DNA of 64,000 nt from Candidatus Woesearchaeota archaeon (GCA_018653365.1 JABIAG010000002.1:32001-96000), one strand, 5' to 3'. Positions 10,303-20,101 are shown, numbered from the stretch's first letter. Numbers and translations: made by a program. Notes: generated by a model not told the origin, from the sequence alone.

Positions 10303-10430
10303 AGTAAAACCCAGACAAGGTTAGGATTTATCATATATTTAAATGCTTTTCGTTTTTTTTCACTGGACATTTTTGTGCTGCACTGGACAAACGCTGCCCC
10401 AAAGTTTATAAAAAAACTTGATTCTGTTTT

Positions 10431-10573
10431 AAAAGAGCCTCGCGCAAAACTCTTTACAAAAACTTTTCCCTCAAAGAGGTCGGAACTGGTGTTCCTAAAA
10501 GTTTTTTGTGAGTTTCGCTGGTTGAGTCTCTTTTTTTGCCAAATCCAAAGTTTTGTGTAGTGAAAACTTTGGA
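10431..10573. repeat. Large branched inverted repeat (10431-10534) plus an 11-bp hairpin (10544-10573) upstream of the endonuclease gene
   Basis: AAAAGAGCCTC/GAGTCTCTTTT, GCAAAACTC/GAGTTTCGC, ACAAAAACTTTT/AAAAGTTTTTTGT, inner CCTC/GAGG and GGAAC/GTTCC; TCCAAAGTTTT/AAAACTTTGGA. Confidence 0.75.
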
Positions 10574-10583
10574 GGTTAAGAAA

Positions 10584-11330
10584 ATGAATAAAAAACCACT
10601 TTTAGTATTTGATGATGTATTAAGAACATACAAGTCTGAATATCACGGAAGAAAAGCATTTGAGAGTTACATGTCTTGGTTTCCGTTAATAGTTTCCCCT
10701 TGTCTTGCGGGAATTGTTGCAGATTTAATGTGTGATGGACATTTACAAGGTAAAAAATGGAGGTTTGATTACACTTCCAATTCTATTGAAGAGTTAGAGA
10801 GATTCAACAGAACGATTCATTCTTTATTCAAAGTTAAAGGTAAAGTAAGAAAGTGTACAACCAATAAATATGAAACTTTTAATCTAGGTGTAAATAACAG
10901 TCCTTTAGCAAGAGTGTTGAAACTTCTAGAAGTCCCTGCAGGAGCCAAGGTTTTATCTAGTTTTTCCATTCCTGATTGGATTCTTGCTGATAAGACTCTG
11001 TTTGGTAGATTCATAAATCGTTTAGTTAGTTGTGAAGGGTCTGTTGATGTAAAAAATAAATGTATTGACATTAGAATGTCAAAGTCTGAAGACTTGATTG
11101 TTGACGGTTTGTCATTCTTCAAAGATATTCAAAATTACTTGTGGAATTATTTTGAGATTAAAACAACAAACCCTTTTTTAGATCGAAGTTTCAATTTAAG
11201 AAAAGATGGGATAAAAACAAAGACGATCCGACTAAAAATAAAAAGGAAAGAATCTCTTATAACTTTCAACAAATTCATAGGTATTGATGATAAAATTAAG
11301 AATAAAAAATTAAAAAGAATAATTGGTTAA
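10584..11330 (+). CDS. Free-standing two-motif LAGLIDADG homing endonuclease (intein/DOD-like)
   Basis: LAGIVADLMCDGH and FINRLVSCEGSV motifs, IPDWIL linker; GGAGG upstream of ATG 10584; no intein splicing ends. Confidence 0.8.
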   Translation: MNKKPLLVFDDVLRTYKSEYHGRKAFESYMSWFPLIVSPCLAGIVADLMCDGHLQGKKWRFDYTSNSIEELERFNRTIHSLFKVKGKVRKCTTNKYETFNLGVNNSPLARVLKLLEVPAGAKVLSSFSIPDWILADKTLFGRFINRLVSCEGSVDVKNKCIDIRMSKSEDLIVDGLSFFKDIQNYLWNYFEIKTTNPFLDRSFNLRKDGIKTKTIRLKIKRKESLITFNKFIGIDDKIKNKKLKRIIG

Positions 11331-11711
11331 TTATTCTACAACTTCTTCTTCAACTGAACTTTCAGGTGTTTCTTCAGCTTCATCAGGTGATTCAGTTGGT
11401 GCAGCTTCTGTTGCGGGTGTATCTCCACTTACAACTTCTAACTTACCAAACTTACCTGTGGATAATTGTAATTCGCCTTGCCATTCTCCAACCCAGCCGT
11501 TCTCAATATGGATTTTGTCTCCAACGTTTACTTTGTCTACGTCTTCATTCCATAGTGTGAGTGTTACTGTTCCTGTTGAGTCTTTTACTGTTGCATTACA
11601 TACTTTGCCTGATTTTCCGAACTTTTCGAACTCTCTTGCTTCTGCTTTTTCTGCAACTTCTACTACTACATCTACATTTCCTGTTTTTGCTTTTAGATCT
11701 TTTATTTCCAT
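11331..11711 (-). CDS. Single OB-fold ssDNA-binding protein (SSB/RPA) with an acidic tail
   Basis: KDSTGTVTLTLWNE, IENGWVGEWQGELQL; acidic C-terminus. Confidence 0.85.
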   Translation of the reverse strand: MEIKDLKAKTGNVDVVVEVAEKAEAREFEKFGKSGKVCNATVKDSTGTVTLTLWNEDVDKVNVGDKIHIENGWVGEWQGELQLSTGKFGKLEVVSGDTPATEAAPTESPDEAEETPESSVEEEVVE

Positions 11712-11750
11712 TTTAAATACCTCATTGATAAAAAGAAATTAATTAGATCT

Positions 11751-13157
11751 TTATAAAAGTTTTTGTTGTAGATAATTTTTCAGCTCATCTATTTTTACTC
11801 TTTCTTGTTCGGTTGAATCTCGATCACGAACAGTCACACAGCCATCTTCTTCAAAGTCTACAGTTACACAAAAAGGAGTTCCTTCTTCATCTGCTCGTGC
11901 GTATCTCCTTCCAATTGAACCTGAAGAGTCAAACTTGCATATGAATTCGTTTCGTAATTCTTCAAACACTTCACGAGCTTCTTCTTTTAATTTATTTACT
12001 AGTGGGAATATCATTACTTTTGTTGGTGCTAGTTTATTATTGAAATGCAATACAATGTTTCCTCTTTTTTTGTCATCTTCATATGCTTCGTACATCAACA
12101 CCAAAAAGCTTCTTTCAACTCCTAGTGAGGGTTCTGCTACTACTGCGGGAATCACTTTTTCTTTTTTCTCTTCATCGTATAAGCTAAGATCTTTACCTGA
12201 TTGTTCTATGTGATTTTTTAAATCAAATTGTCCTCTGTCTGCAATTCCTTGTAATTCTTTCCATCCGAAGGGAAATTTGTATTCTAAGTCCCAACAATCT
12301 GTTGAATAGTGTGCTTTTTCATCTTTTTCGTGTTGTCTTATTCTAAAATTAGTGCCATTACATCCTAGTTCTAAGAAGAATCTTAATTCGGTTCCTAGCC
12401 AGTATGCGTGCCAGGGACTTTTTATGATGTTTTTTCCCAATGCGTCTTTTAGTTTCATTGGTTCCATTTTTTCGTTTTTTTCTTGCATTTCTGCTGAGTA
12501 AACGTTTATCTTAACATCTTCTACCTCTTTTACAAAGGGGCAGTCATTGATTGAATCTGGATGTATGAAATATTCAATTTCCATTTGTTCGAATTCTCTA
12601 TCTCGGAATATGAAGTTTCTTGGACTGATTTCATTTCTGAATGCTCTTCCTATTTGTGCTATTCCAAATGGTAACTTCATCCTGGCATTTTCAGCTACTA
12701 GTTTGAAATCTACAAACATTAGTTGTGCTGTTTCGGGTCGTAGATAGCTTTCTACTCCTTTTCCTGGGCCAACAGCTGTTTTGAACATTAGGTTAAAGTC
12801 ACCTTCAACAGCATAATCTCCCCCACATTCACATTTCACTTTTCCAACTTCTGATTTGTCGAGTTTATTTTCTTTTTTACATTTTTTACAGACTACGTAA
12901 ACGTCTGTGAAACAATCAACATGTCCAGAAGCTTTCCATACTTTTGGGTGTGTAATGATGGAACCATCTATTCCTACAATGTCTTCTCTGGATTGTACGT
13001 GGTATTTCCACCAGGCATCTTTTAAATTCTTCTTCAACTCACTTCCTAATGGTCCGAAGTCAAAGAATCCTGCCATTCCGCCGTAAATTTCAGAGTTTGG
13101 ATAGACAAAACCTTTTTTCTTACAAAAGCTTGCCATTTCATCTATTGATAATGTCAT
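11751..13157 (-). CDS. glyS: Glycine--tRNA ligase (alpha2, archaeal/eukaryotic type)
   Basis: YLRPETAQ, FRNEISPR, REFEQMEIE, EPSLGVER, SIGRRYARADE. Confidence 0.95.
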   Translation of the reverse strand: MTLSIDEMASFCKKKGFVYPNSEIYGGMAGFFDFGPLGSELKKNLKDAWWKYHVQSREDIVGIDGSIITHPKVWKASGHVDCFTDVYVVCKKCKKENKLDKSEVGKVKCECGGDYAVEGDFNLMFKTAVGPGKGVESYLRPETAQLMFVDFKLVAENARMKLPFGIAQIGRAFRNEISPRNFIFRDREFEQMEIEYFIHPDSINDCPFVKEVEDVKINVYSAEMQEKNEKMEPMKLKDALGKNIIKSPWHAYWLGTELRFFLELGCNGTNFRIRQHEKDEKAHYSTDCWDLEYKFPFGWKELQGIADRGQFDLKNHIEQSGKDLSLYDEEKKEKVIPAVVAEPSLGVERSFLVLMYEAYEDDKKRGNIVLHFNNKLAPTKVMIFPLVNKLKEEAREVFEELRNEFICKFDSSGSIGRRYARADEEGTPFCVTVDFEEDGCVTVRDRDSTEQERVKIDELKNYLQQKLL

Positions 13158-13220
13158 GTTGGTTGAGAAAGATGTTGTGTTTATAAAATTTGTGTAGAAA
13201 AAAATAAAAAAATAATGGAA

Positions 13221-13862
13221 TTACTTCCATATCCACCCAAATAGTCCTTTAGATTTCTTTTCTTTTGTTGCAACGTTGTTTAGTCTTGTTTGTTCTTGTT
13301 CCATCGCTGTTATTTGTTCTTCCATGATTGCTTTTTCTTCTTCTGTTGCTTCTTCTGTTAGAACTTTTAGTTGTTCGATTTTCTCTTTGTTTGACTTAAC
13401 TTTTTCTTCGATTTCTTTTGCTGCTTCTTCATCGCCACCGGCAAACATTCTTTTGAATTTACTTCTTTTTGCAATTTTTTCTTCTGAGTTTGTTGTGGCT
13501 TTAAGTGAGTTGTTAAAGTCTTTTGCGATTGCACTTACTTGTTTGCCAATTCCGCCCTCTCTGTTTTCCATTGTTAGTAATGATTTTACTGCATCTCTAA
13601 CTCTATTTTGGCTTTGTACTTCTGATCGTACTTGTTTTTGTACTTGCTTATTTTCTGTTGAATCTGTTTTATCTTCGTCATCATCCATTAGGTCATCATC
13701 TTCGTTATCTAAATTATCATCCATTCCCTGTCCACTTCCTGCTGCCTTTAGTTCAGGATTTTCAATTCCGGTTCCTGGTTCATGTACTCCCTCTCCTTGT
13801 CTTGCCATTGCTACACTTGCTAGCAATAGTGTAATACATAGTATTAATAATATTTTTTTCAT
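13221..13862 (-). CDS. Hypothetical secreted coiled-coil protein
   Basis: Signal peptide, acidic linker, helical C-terminus ending KSKGLFGWIWK. Confidence 0.65.
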   Translation of the reverse strand: MKKILLILCITLLLASVAMARQGEGVHEPGTGIENPELKAAGSGQGMDDNLDNEDDDLMDDDEDKTDSTENKQVQKQVRSEVQSQNRVRDAVKSLLTMENREGGIGKQVSAIAKDFNNSLKATTNSEEKIAKRSKFKRMFAGGDEEAAKEIEEKVKSNKEKIEQLKVLTEEATEEEKAIMEEQITAMEQEQTRLNNVATKEKKSKGLFGWIWK

Positions 13863-14449
13863 TTTTGTTCCTCCTTTGCAAATATTTTTGTAAAACTATA
13901 TAGTAATCGTAAAACGGTTTCAATAACGATGATCATTATTAAATAATATATTATTGTGCTTGTTAATGAAAAGCTTTGTTTTAACACCGTAATAGAACTT
14001 GATATGGTTATTAGATTGAAGTCAATAATAAAAACACCTAGTAGTGCTAAAGGTAACATTTTTGCCAAATCTTTTGCCAGGTCTTCACTTAGGTAGGCGG
14101 TTATTCTTATTGCTGCTAATATCGCGATTGAGATTAGTAGTATGTGATTTATTGTTTGATTTTGTGTTAATAAGGATAATAGTCCAACTAATATTGCGAA
14201 CCAGATGAATGCAAATATTGGGAATAGTATTATGTATTCTACAATGTAAAGAAGGATTCTTACTGTTTTTTCTAGTGTTGGGTGTTGAGCAGTGTTGTAT
14301 TTTTTTAAGTTTAATTCAAATATGTTTTTTGCTGATATTCGTTTATATAAGACAAAAACAAGTACTGCATATATTACAATTCCAATTATAAAATAGAACG
14401 TTGGTTGTAGAACGGTTATTCCTTCAGCTATGCTTAAGTTTGAAATCAT
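13859..14449 (-). CDS. Hypothetical membrane protein
   Basis: About 5 TM helices; 4-bp overlap with the next gene. Confidence 0.7.
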   Translation of the reverse strand: MISNLSIAEGITVLQPTFYFIIGIVIYAVLVFVLYKRISAKNIFELNLKKYNTAQHPTLEKTVRILLYIVEYIILFPIFAFIWFAILVGLLSLLTQNQTINHILLISIAILAAIRITAYLSEDLAKDLAKMLPLALLGVFIIDFNLITISSSITVLKQSFSLTSTIIYYLIMIIVIETVLRLLYSFTKIFAKEEQK

Positions 14450-14496
14450 GAATTTAAATTAGAAAACTACTATTTAAATGTTAAGAAAAAGAATTA

Positions 14497-15669
14497 TTAT
14501 TTTCTAAGCCAGGTTATTTCTTCTTCTGATAGGTCAAACTCTCTGAATTCTTTTCCCTTTTTTATCATGGTTTGAACATAAGGTAGTACGTCTGAAATAA
14601 CTCTTTTAGCAGAAGTATGAGTTTTTTCAGCTATCTTTCTAGCTATTTCTTTTCGCTTTTGATATTTCATGTTTGCCATCCATATTTTAAGGATGCGCGA
14701 GGTTGGTTTGTATGTTATCATTTCTTTGTATTTTTCTTTTTTCGATAGTGCAACTCCTGCACTCATTAACGTACCTGCATATACTAAGAATCTCCAGTGT
14801 TGCCATCTTCTTATTCTTCCCATGTAAACACTTGCTTTTGATAAGCAATCAAATGCATTAGCTATATCTTTTCCTTTATATTCTCTTGGAATGTTCTCTT
14901 CTAGCCATAACATTTGTTTGTCAATGTCTTCATTTACATTCCAAAATGCAGAATTTGCAACGTTGGCATCTGTTGTTTTAAACACTTTTAGTAATGCATT
15001 TAGCATGTTTTCTGTTTTGTCTCTAAATCCAATTAGTTCTAAATTGTCAAGTTTTCCCTCACCGGTTAACATTTGTAAATCGTTTATTGCTGCTCTTAAA
15101 TCTCCCCCACTTCTTCTTGCTAAATCAGATAGTAATTCTTCTTTATATTCGATTCCTTCGTTTTCACAAATATGTTTTAGTTTGTTTAAGATTGCTTCAT
15201 GGTCGAGTGTGTTGAATTCAAGTAGGGTGCATTTTTTTCTTAATCCTGAGAATTTTTTGTCAAAGGGATCATTTGCTGTGATGATCATTGGGAATGGTGA
15301 ATCAATGATTAGTTTTACTAATGCTGTTACTCCTCCGCGATCTTTTTGTCCAGATATGCCATCTACTTCATCTATTAATACTATTTTGCCCTTGTTAAAT
15401 GAGAATAGGGATTGTTGTTGGGTTGCACTTCCTACTATGTCTTCTATTTGGCTTTTATTACGTGCATCTGATGCGTTTACCTCGAATACTTCCATTTCGC
15501 TTTCTGCAGCTATGGCATATATTGCGGATGTTTTTCCACATCCTACTGGTCCGTATACAAATGCTGCTTTTCCTTTTTTGAAGTTGCTAACAAATTCTTT
15601 TAACCCTTTCAAATCCTGGCCTACTACTTCAGCAGAAGTTTTTGGCAGGTATTTATCTGTGTAGTTCAT
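14497..15669 (-). CDS. rfcL: Replication factor C large subunit
   Basis: GPVGCGKTS, EVNASDAR, LIDEVDG, GGDLRAAINDLQ, WLEENIP. Confidence 0.92.
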   Translation of the reverse strand: MNYTDKYLPKTSAEVVGQDLKGLKEFVSNFKKGKAAFVYGPVGCGKTSAIYAIAAESEMEVFEVNASDARNKSQIEDIVGSATQQQSLFSFNKGKIVLIDEVDGISGQKDRGGVTALVKLIIDSPFPMIITANDPFDKKFSGLRKKCTLLEFNTLDHEAILNKLKHICENEGIEYKEELLSDLARRSGGDLRAAINDLQMLTGEGKLDNLELIGFRDKTENMLNALLKVFKTTDANVANSAFWNVNEDIDKQMLWLEENIPREYKGKDIANAFDCLSKASVYMGRIRRWQHWRFLVYAGTLMSAGVALSKKEKYKEMITYKPTSRILKIWMANMKYQKRKEIARKIAEKTHTSAKRVISDVLPYVQTMIKKGKEFREFDLSEEEITWLRK

Positions 15670-15702
15670 TAAGAATTATTAACTTTTAATCATATATAAC
15701 TA

Positions 15703-17862
15703 TTATTGTTTCTTACTTTGTCTTTCTATGTTTCGACATTTGGGGTATGCATCGCATGCTAGGAAGTGTCCATATACTGATTTTCTTAACACCATTTTTC
15801 CTTTTTTACATTTGGGACATTTTTTGCCCTCGTTTTTTGCCTCTATTTTTTTAGAAGGGCAGTCTGTGTTTATGCAGACTTCTTGTGGTCGTTTTCCTCT
15901 TTTTATCATTGTGATCATTATTGAGTTGCATTCTTCACATATTTTTTCTGATTTTTTTACCATGCCATTTGAAGGTATGGAAAAAGTTGTCTTACAATCA
16001 GGGTATTTGTCACATGCTATGAATTGGCCAAATCTGCCTCTTCTTATTCTTAGTACTCCCTCTTTGCAGTTGGGACATTTTCCCATTGTTTCTATTTGGT
16101 CTCGAGTTTCAGTGAAGGTTTTTCTTAGTTCTCCGCCTACTTTTGCTTCTTTTAGTCCGAAGTCTTTTATTATTTCAATTATGATTTTTTTTGCTTCTGC
16201 TAATACTGATTCTGGTTTTTTCTTTTCTTTTCTTATCTTTTCCATTTCTTCTTCGAAATGTCTTGTCATCTCTTCATCAGTTATTTTTGGTACGTATTTT
16301 GCTAGAATTTTATCAACTTTAAGTCCTAATTCTGTAACCTCTAATTTTTTCCCATCAAGATAATGTCTTTGGAATAATGTATCGATGATAGAAGCACGGG
16401 TAGCTTTGGTTCCTAAATTTCTTTTTTCTAATTCTTTAATTATTGAGGCTTCTGTAAATCTTTTTGGGGGTTGAGTTTCTTTGTCTAATTTTTTTATTTT
16501 CTTGCTTTTTACTTCTTCACCGGTGGTTGTTTTTGGTAGTTCTTCTTCTTTTTGTTTTCCAAATGTTCCGTAATATTCCAGCCACCCTTTTTCTTTTGTT
16601 ACTGTTCCTTTTGTTACGAATATTTCTTCATTACAGTCTATATTGTATGTTACTGTTTCTTTTAGTGCTGGTTCTCCGAATGTTGCTAGGAATCTTCTTA
16701 CAATTAGTTCGTATAATTTTCCTTTTCTACTGTCTAGTTTCTTTGGTGAGTCGCCTGTAGGATATATTGCGGGGTGGGCTTCGTCTTTTTTCTTTCCATT
16801 ATTGGGTTTTAGACTTTTGCCCATTAATTCTGTTGCATGTTTTTCAAATTCTGCTTGATTGGCTAATTTTTTCAAAATTTTCTTGTACCCAATACTTTCG
16901 GGTAATTGTTGGGAAGAAGTTCTTGGATAAGAAATTGCTCCGGAAGTATACAGCTCTTGTGCTATTGATAGGGTTTCTTTTGGTGGAATTTTTATTTTTC
17001 CATATGCTTCAATTTGTAGTGAGGTTAAGTCAAAGGGGTGTGGGGGTTGTTGTTTAAACTCCCTACTTTTTATGTCTTTGATGTTGGCTTTTTTACCTTT
17101 TGTTTTTTCAAGAATGTCTAAAACCTCTTTTTCTTTTTCGAACTTTCCATTTTTGTGTGATGCGATTACTTCACCATTTTCTAATTTACCTGTTAGTTCA
17201 ATTTCCCAGAAGGGTGTTGGTTTGAATTTTTTTATCTCTCTTTCACGATCTGCTAATAATTTCAAAGCAGGTCCCTGAACTCTTCCTGTAGATAATAATT
17301 TGTATGTGCCTGCACTTGATATTGCTTTTGTTAGTGCTCTTGATATGTTGATGCCGTAGAACCAATCTAGTTTGTGTCTTGTCTCTCCTGCATTTGCTTG
17401 TCCCCAATCGAGATGCGATTCTTTTTTCTCGTAAGAACTAACTAGTTCGTCTTTAGTTAAAGTAGAGAACTTCATTCGGTTTGCATCTTTTTTCTTTGCA
17501 ACATATCTTACAATGTTTAGACCTATGACTTCTCCCTCAATATCAAAGTCTGTTGCAACGGTGAATGTGTCACATTGTTTTGCTAATCTTTTCAAAGTAT
17601 TCAAATATTTTTTTGAGAAGTCTGCTTGTTTTCTTAGTTCGGATGAGGGTACCCAGTCAATATCAAATAGGGGGAATCCTTTACCTTTTGCTTTTAATCC
17701 ATATAAGTGACCAACTGCACATCCTACAATTATATCGTTATTTTTATATTTTAGTTTGTAAAATGGTACTTTGTTGTCGCTTTCTTTTGTTGCTTTACCG
17801 TCGGAAAGAGCGTCTGCAATTCTTTTGGCTGCATTTGGTTTTTCTGAAATGATTAATTCCAT
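15703..17862 (-). CDS. topA: DNA topoisomerase IA with C-terminal Zn ribbons
   Basis: ISEKP TOPRIM, ATDFDIEGE, GRVQ, catalytic SYPRT, GTKATR, C4 Zn-finger repeats. Confidence 0.95.
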   Translation of the reverse strand: MELIISEKPNAAKRIADALSDGKATKESDNKVPFYKLKYKNNDIIVGCAVGHLYGLKAKGKGFPLFDIDWVPSSELRKQADFSKKYLNTLKRLAKQCDTFTVATDFDIEGEVIGLNIVRYVAKKKDANRMKFSTLTKDELVSSYEKKESHLDWGQANAGETRHKLDWFYGINISRALTKAISSAGTYKLLSTGRVQGPALKLLADREREIKKFKPTPFWEIELTGKLENGEVIASHKNGKFEKEKEVLDILEKTKGKKANIKDIKSREFKQQPPHPFDLTSLQIEAYGKIKIPPKETLSIAQELYTSGAISYPRTSSQQLPESIGYKKILKKLANQAEFEKHATELMGKSLKPNNGKKKDEAHPAIYPTGDSPKKLDSRKGKLYELIVRRFLATFGEPALKETVTYNIDCNEEIFVTKGTVTKEKGWLEYYGTFGKQKEEELPKTTTGEEVKSKKIKKLDKETQPPKRFTEASIIKELEKRNLGTKATRASIIDTLFQRHYLDGKKLEVTELGLKVDKILAKYVPKITDEEMTRHFEEEMEKIRKEKKKPESVLAEAKKIIIEIIKDFGLKEAKVGGELRKTFTETRDQIETMGKCPNCKEGVLRIRRGRFGQFIACDKYPDCKTTFSIPSNGMVKKSEKICEECNSIMITMIKRGKRPQEVCINTDCPSKKIEAKNEGKKCPKCKKGKMVLRKSVYGHFLACDAYPKCRNIERQSKKQ

Positions 17863-17904
17863 GAATTTAATGGTAACTAAAGAATCTTATAAAAAAGTAT
17901 CTAT

Positions 17905-18266
17905 TTAGTGTAAAAATTCGGTTGTAAATGCATTATTTACATCCATTCCTTCTGAAACTATTCCCTCTTCTACTAGTCGATCATATGTTTCTTTGAACAT
18001 TTCATAATCCATATGTCCGTCAACACTAGTAACTGAATTATCAATAATTAATCTTTTCATTTCTGTTTCTGCATTAAGTTTTGCATTTCTTTTCACTGTT
18101 GATTTAACTCCGTCTTCTGGATTTTCAACAACATAGTTCACTCCTTTTAATGTTGCCCTCACAAATCGTTGTACTGTTTCTGGATGTTCTTTAATCATTT
18201 CTTCTGTCGCAAATAAGGTAAGTCCGTGTGTATTAATTCCATAATTTGCAGGAGATATGATATTAA
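17905..18266 (-). pseudogene. 5'-truncated remnant of an NMT1/THI5/SsuA-type ABC substrate-binding protein
   Basis: Frame reads LNIISPANYGINTHGLTLFATEEMIKEHPETVQRFVRATLKG...AFTTEFL; a TGA lies immediately upstream and the N-terminal part is absent. Confidence 0.65.
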
Positions 18267-18316
18267 GTCAAAACAAAATGCTGAACGGTATAGAAAGTTC
18301 TTTCACTCGGTTTGGT

Positions 18317-18589
18317 CTAGGCAATCATCTTAACAAAAACTAGTATTAATGCAAGATTGATTCCTACTGCTGTTAGTCTAAACATCTTTTCTATTTTTTG
18401 TATTTTGTGAGCGTTTAATCTTTTAATGTATGCATCATACTCTTTTACTTTTGCAGAATAGAAATCTTCAGCATCATTGAAGTCATGGTAAACTCCATTT
18501 TTTCTTTTATTTTTTTCTAATTCTAAATGTGCTACATACTTGTAAGTGTGTGCTAGATGTAATCGGTTTTCAATCTCCCCCAGTTTCAT
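18317..18589 (-). CDS. Hypothetical protein with a C-terminal TM helix
   Basis: 90-aa ORF, TATA upstream. Confidence 0.55.
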   Translation of the reverse strand: MKLGEIENRLHLAHTYKYVAHLELEKNKRKNGVYHDFNDAEDFYSAKVKEYDAYIKRLNAHKIQKIEKMFRLTAVGINLALILVFVKMIA

Positions 18590-18633
18590 GCTTTTTTATA
18601 GAATCTTAACTATATAAATTTTGTGTCATTAGA

Positions 18634-19056
18634 TCAGGGAGCTTCCATTCGTGCTTTAAGATCTCTAAATGTGGTTTTTAGTCCATATGGGAGTCGATCT
18701 TGTAAGTTAAGATCTTTGCTGTGCCCTTTTGCTCCTCTTTCAATTTCTTTTCTTGCAGAGTCTGGACATCGGTCTTCCAGTTTTGCTATTATTTGTTGGC
18801 CGACTTCTCGCGATCTTCCTGAAGAACATAGGGGTTGGTAGGGACAGCGTAACGTATTGCAGATGTGGTCTGAAGTTTTAACAATCTCTATTCGGGTCAT
18901 ATCTCGAACTGAGACTGAGAATGCCAACAACCTATCATAAAAAGGACCGTATGCATGAATAAATATTGCACGGTTTTTTTCTCGCTGTCTCTGGGTTATG
19001 GTCTGAGCAGCAATTATGAATGTGATGTGGTGGGGTTTTAACCTTATGTAATCCAT
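18634..19056 (-). CDS. DUF1284-like Cys/His metal-binding protein
   Basis: IRLKPHH, IEIV...DHIC...CPY...C. Confidence 0.55.
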   Translation of the reverse strand: MDYIRLKPHHITFIIAAQTITQRQREKNRAIFIHAYGPFYDRLLAFSVSVRDMTRIEIVKTSDHICNTLRCPYQPLCSSGRSREVGQQIIAKLEDRCPDSARKEIERGAKGHSKDLNLQDRLPYGLKTTFRDLKARMEAP

Positions 19057-19148
19057 GGTCGAGGGAGGGGTTGTGATTATTTAAAGATTGAGGAATTATC
19101 GGTTTTAATGTTAGAAAAAGTTAAAAACATTCCGTTTAGAAGAGGATC

Positions 19149-20093
19149 ATGGATCAAATAATCGATGAACTCTTACAATCTTTGAGTGAGACTATTAACA
19201 AACCCAGCACTAAAGCATTGTTTCAGGGCAAAGACTATCATGAAATTCCTTTTAATCAGTCTAACTTCAATCCAATAACTCCAATAAAGGGTAAGTTGGC
19301 ATTTGTTGACGGGGGTAATGCAGAAATACTTTCAGCCGTTAACTTCTCTTTACAATTCTTCAGAATATACTATTGTATTTATGAAAATAACAAACTACTA
19401 AAACAAGATAAGAAAGAGTTCTTTGCTTTAATTAATTCTATTCCAAAAAATAATAAAATCTTTTTTCAAACTAAACTATTTCAATCAGACCTAGAAATCC
19501 CCTTAATACAATCTACTGAAGTTGAATCACTAGCATCAGTTGCAGACCTAATCAGAAGAGCAGCAGAAATAGAAATCACAAAAGAAATAAATTCAGAATA
19601 TGTTATTCTTGATGGTAATCTAAAAGCAGATGCAGAGTTCATTAGGGAATTGCTAAAAAACAAAACATTATACGCGTTATCAAAAACTAACGAATTATAC
19701 ACTGATTCAGGAAACTCATTAACCGTTGAACTTTCTACCCTTTCCCCGTTCGATTCTTGGCAGTACACCAACTTAGTTAAGATATCTTCAAAAATGCACA
19801 ACGCAGATATTGTAATAACCAAACTTCATCCATTATCAAAATACATTTTCAAACTCGAAACTCCTAAAGATACTGATTTAAACATAATTCCTGTTCTGGC
19901 TTCTAATTCAACAGATCCAGTATTTCTTGGTTATCCGTACGGGCTTGTACAAGCAGATAAACATGCAAGGGTCTCAAATCAAGAAAAAGAATATTTTAAG
20001 GTGAAACTTCTCACTTCCTCTAAAAATAAGGAGAAATTATCACAATATTTAAATACTATTAACGCGCATAATATTTTAGATAGCATATTATAG
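19149..20093 (+). CDS. nurA: NurA-family 5'-3' nuclease
   Basis: AFVDGG, VILDG, ALSK, GYPYGLVQADKHARVS. Confidence 0.85.
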   Translation: MDQIIDELLQSLSETINKPSTKALFQGKDYHEIPFNQSNFNPITPIKGKLAFVDGGNAEILSAVNFSLQFFRIYYCIYENNKLLKQDKKEFFALINSIPKNNKIFFQTKLFQSDLEIPLIQSTEVESLASVADLIRRAAEIEITKEINSEYVILDGNLKADAEFIRELLKNKTLYALSKTNELYTDSGNSLTVELSTLSPFDSWQYTNLVKISSKMHNADIVITKLHPLSKYIFKLETPKDTDLNIIPVLASNSTDPVFLGYPYGLVQADKHARVSNQEKEYFKVKLLTSSKNKEKLSQYLNTINAHNILDSIL

Positions 20094-20101
20094 AAAGTAA
20101 A

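Noticed and set aside
10536-11330. Intein or intron-encoded endonuclease
   Set aside because: No host exons and no intein terminal motifs; the ORF has its own SD and ATG.
13276-17852. Long antisense ORFs (e.g. 13276-13893, 14891-15664, 15728-16363) and similar shadow ORFs elsewhere
   Set aside because: Ser/Phe-rich mirrors of Lys/Glu-rich genes on the opposite strand.
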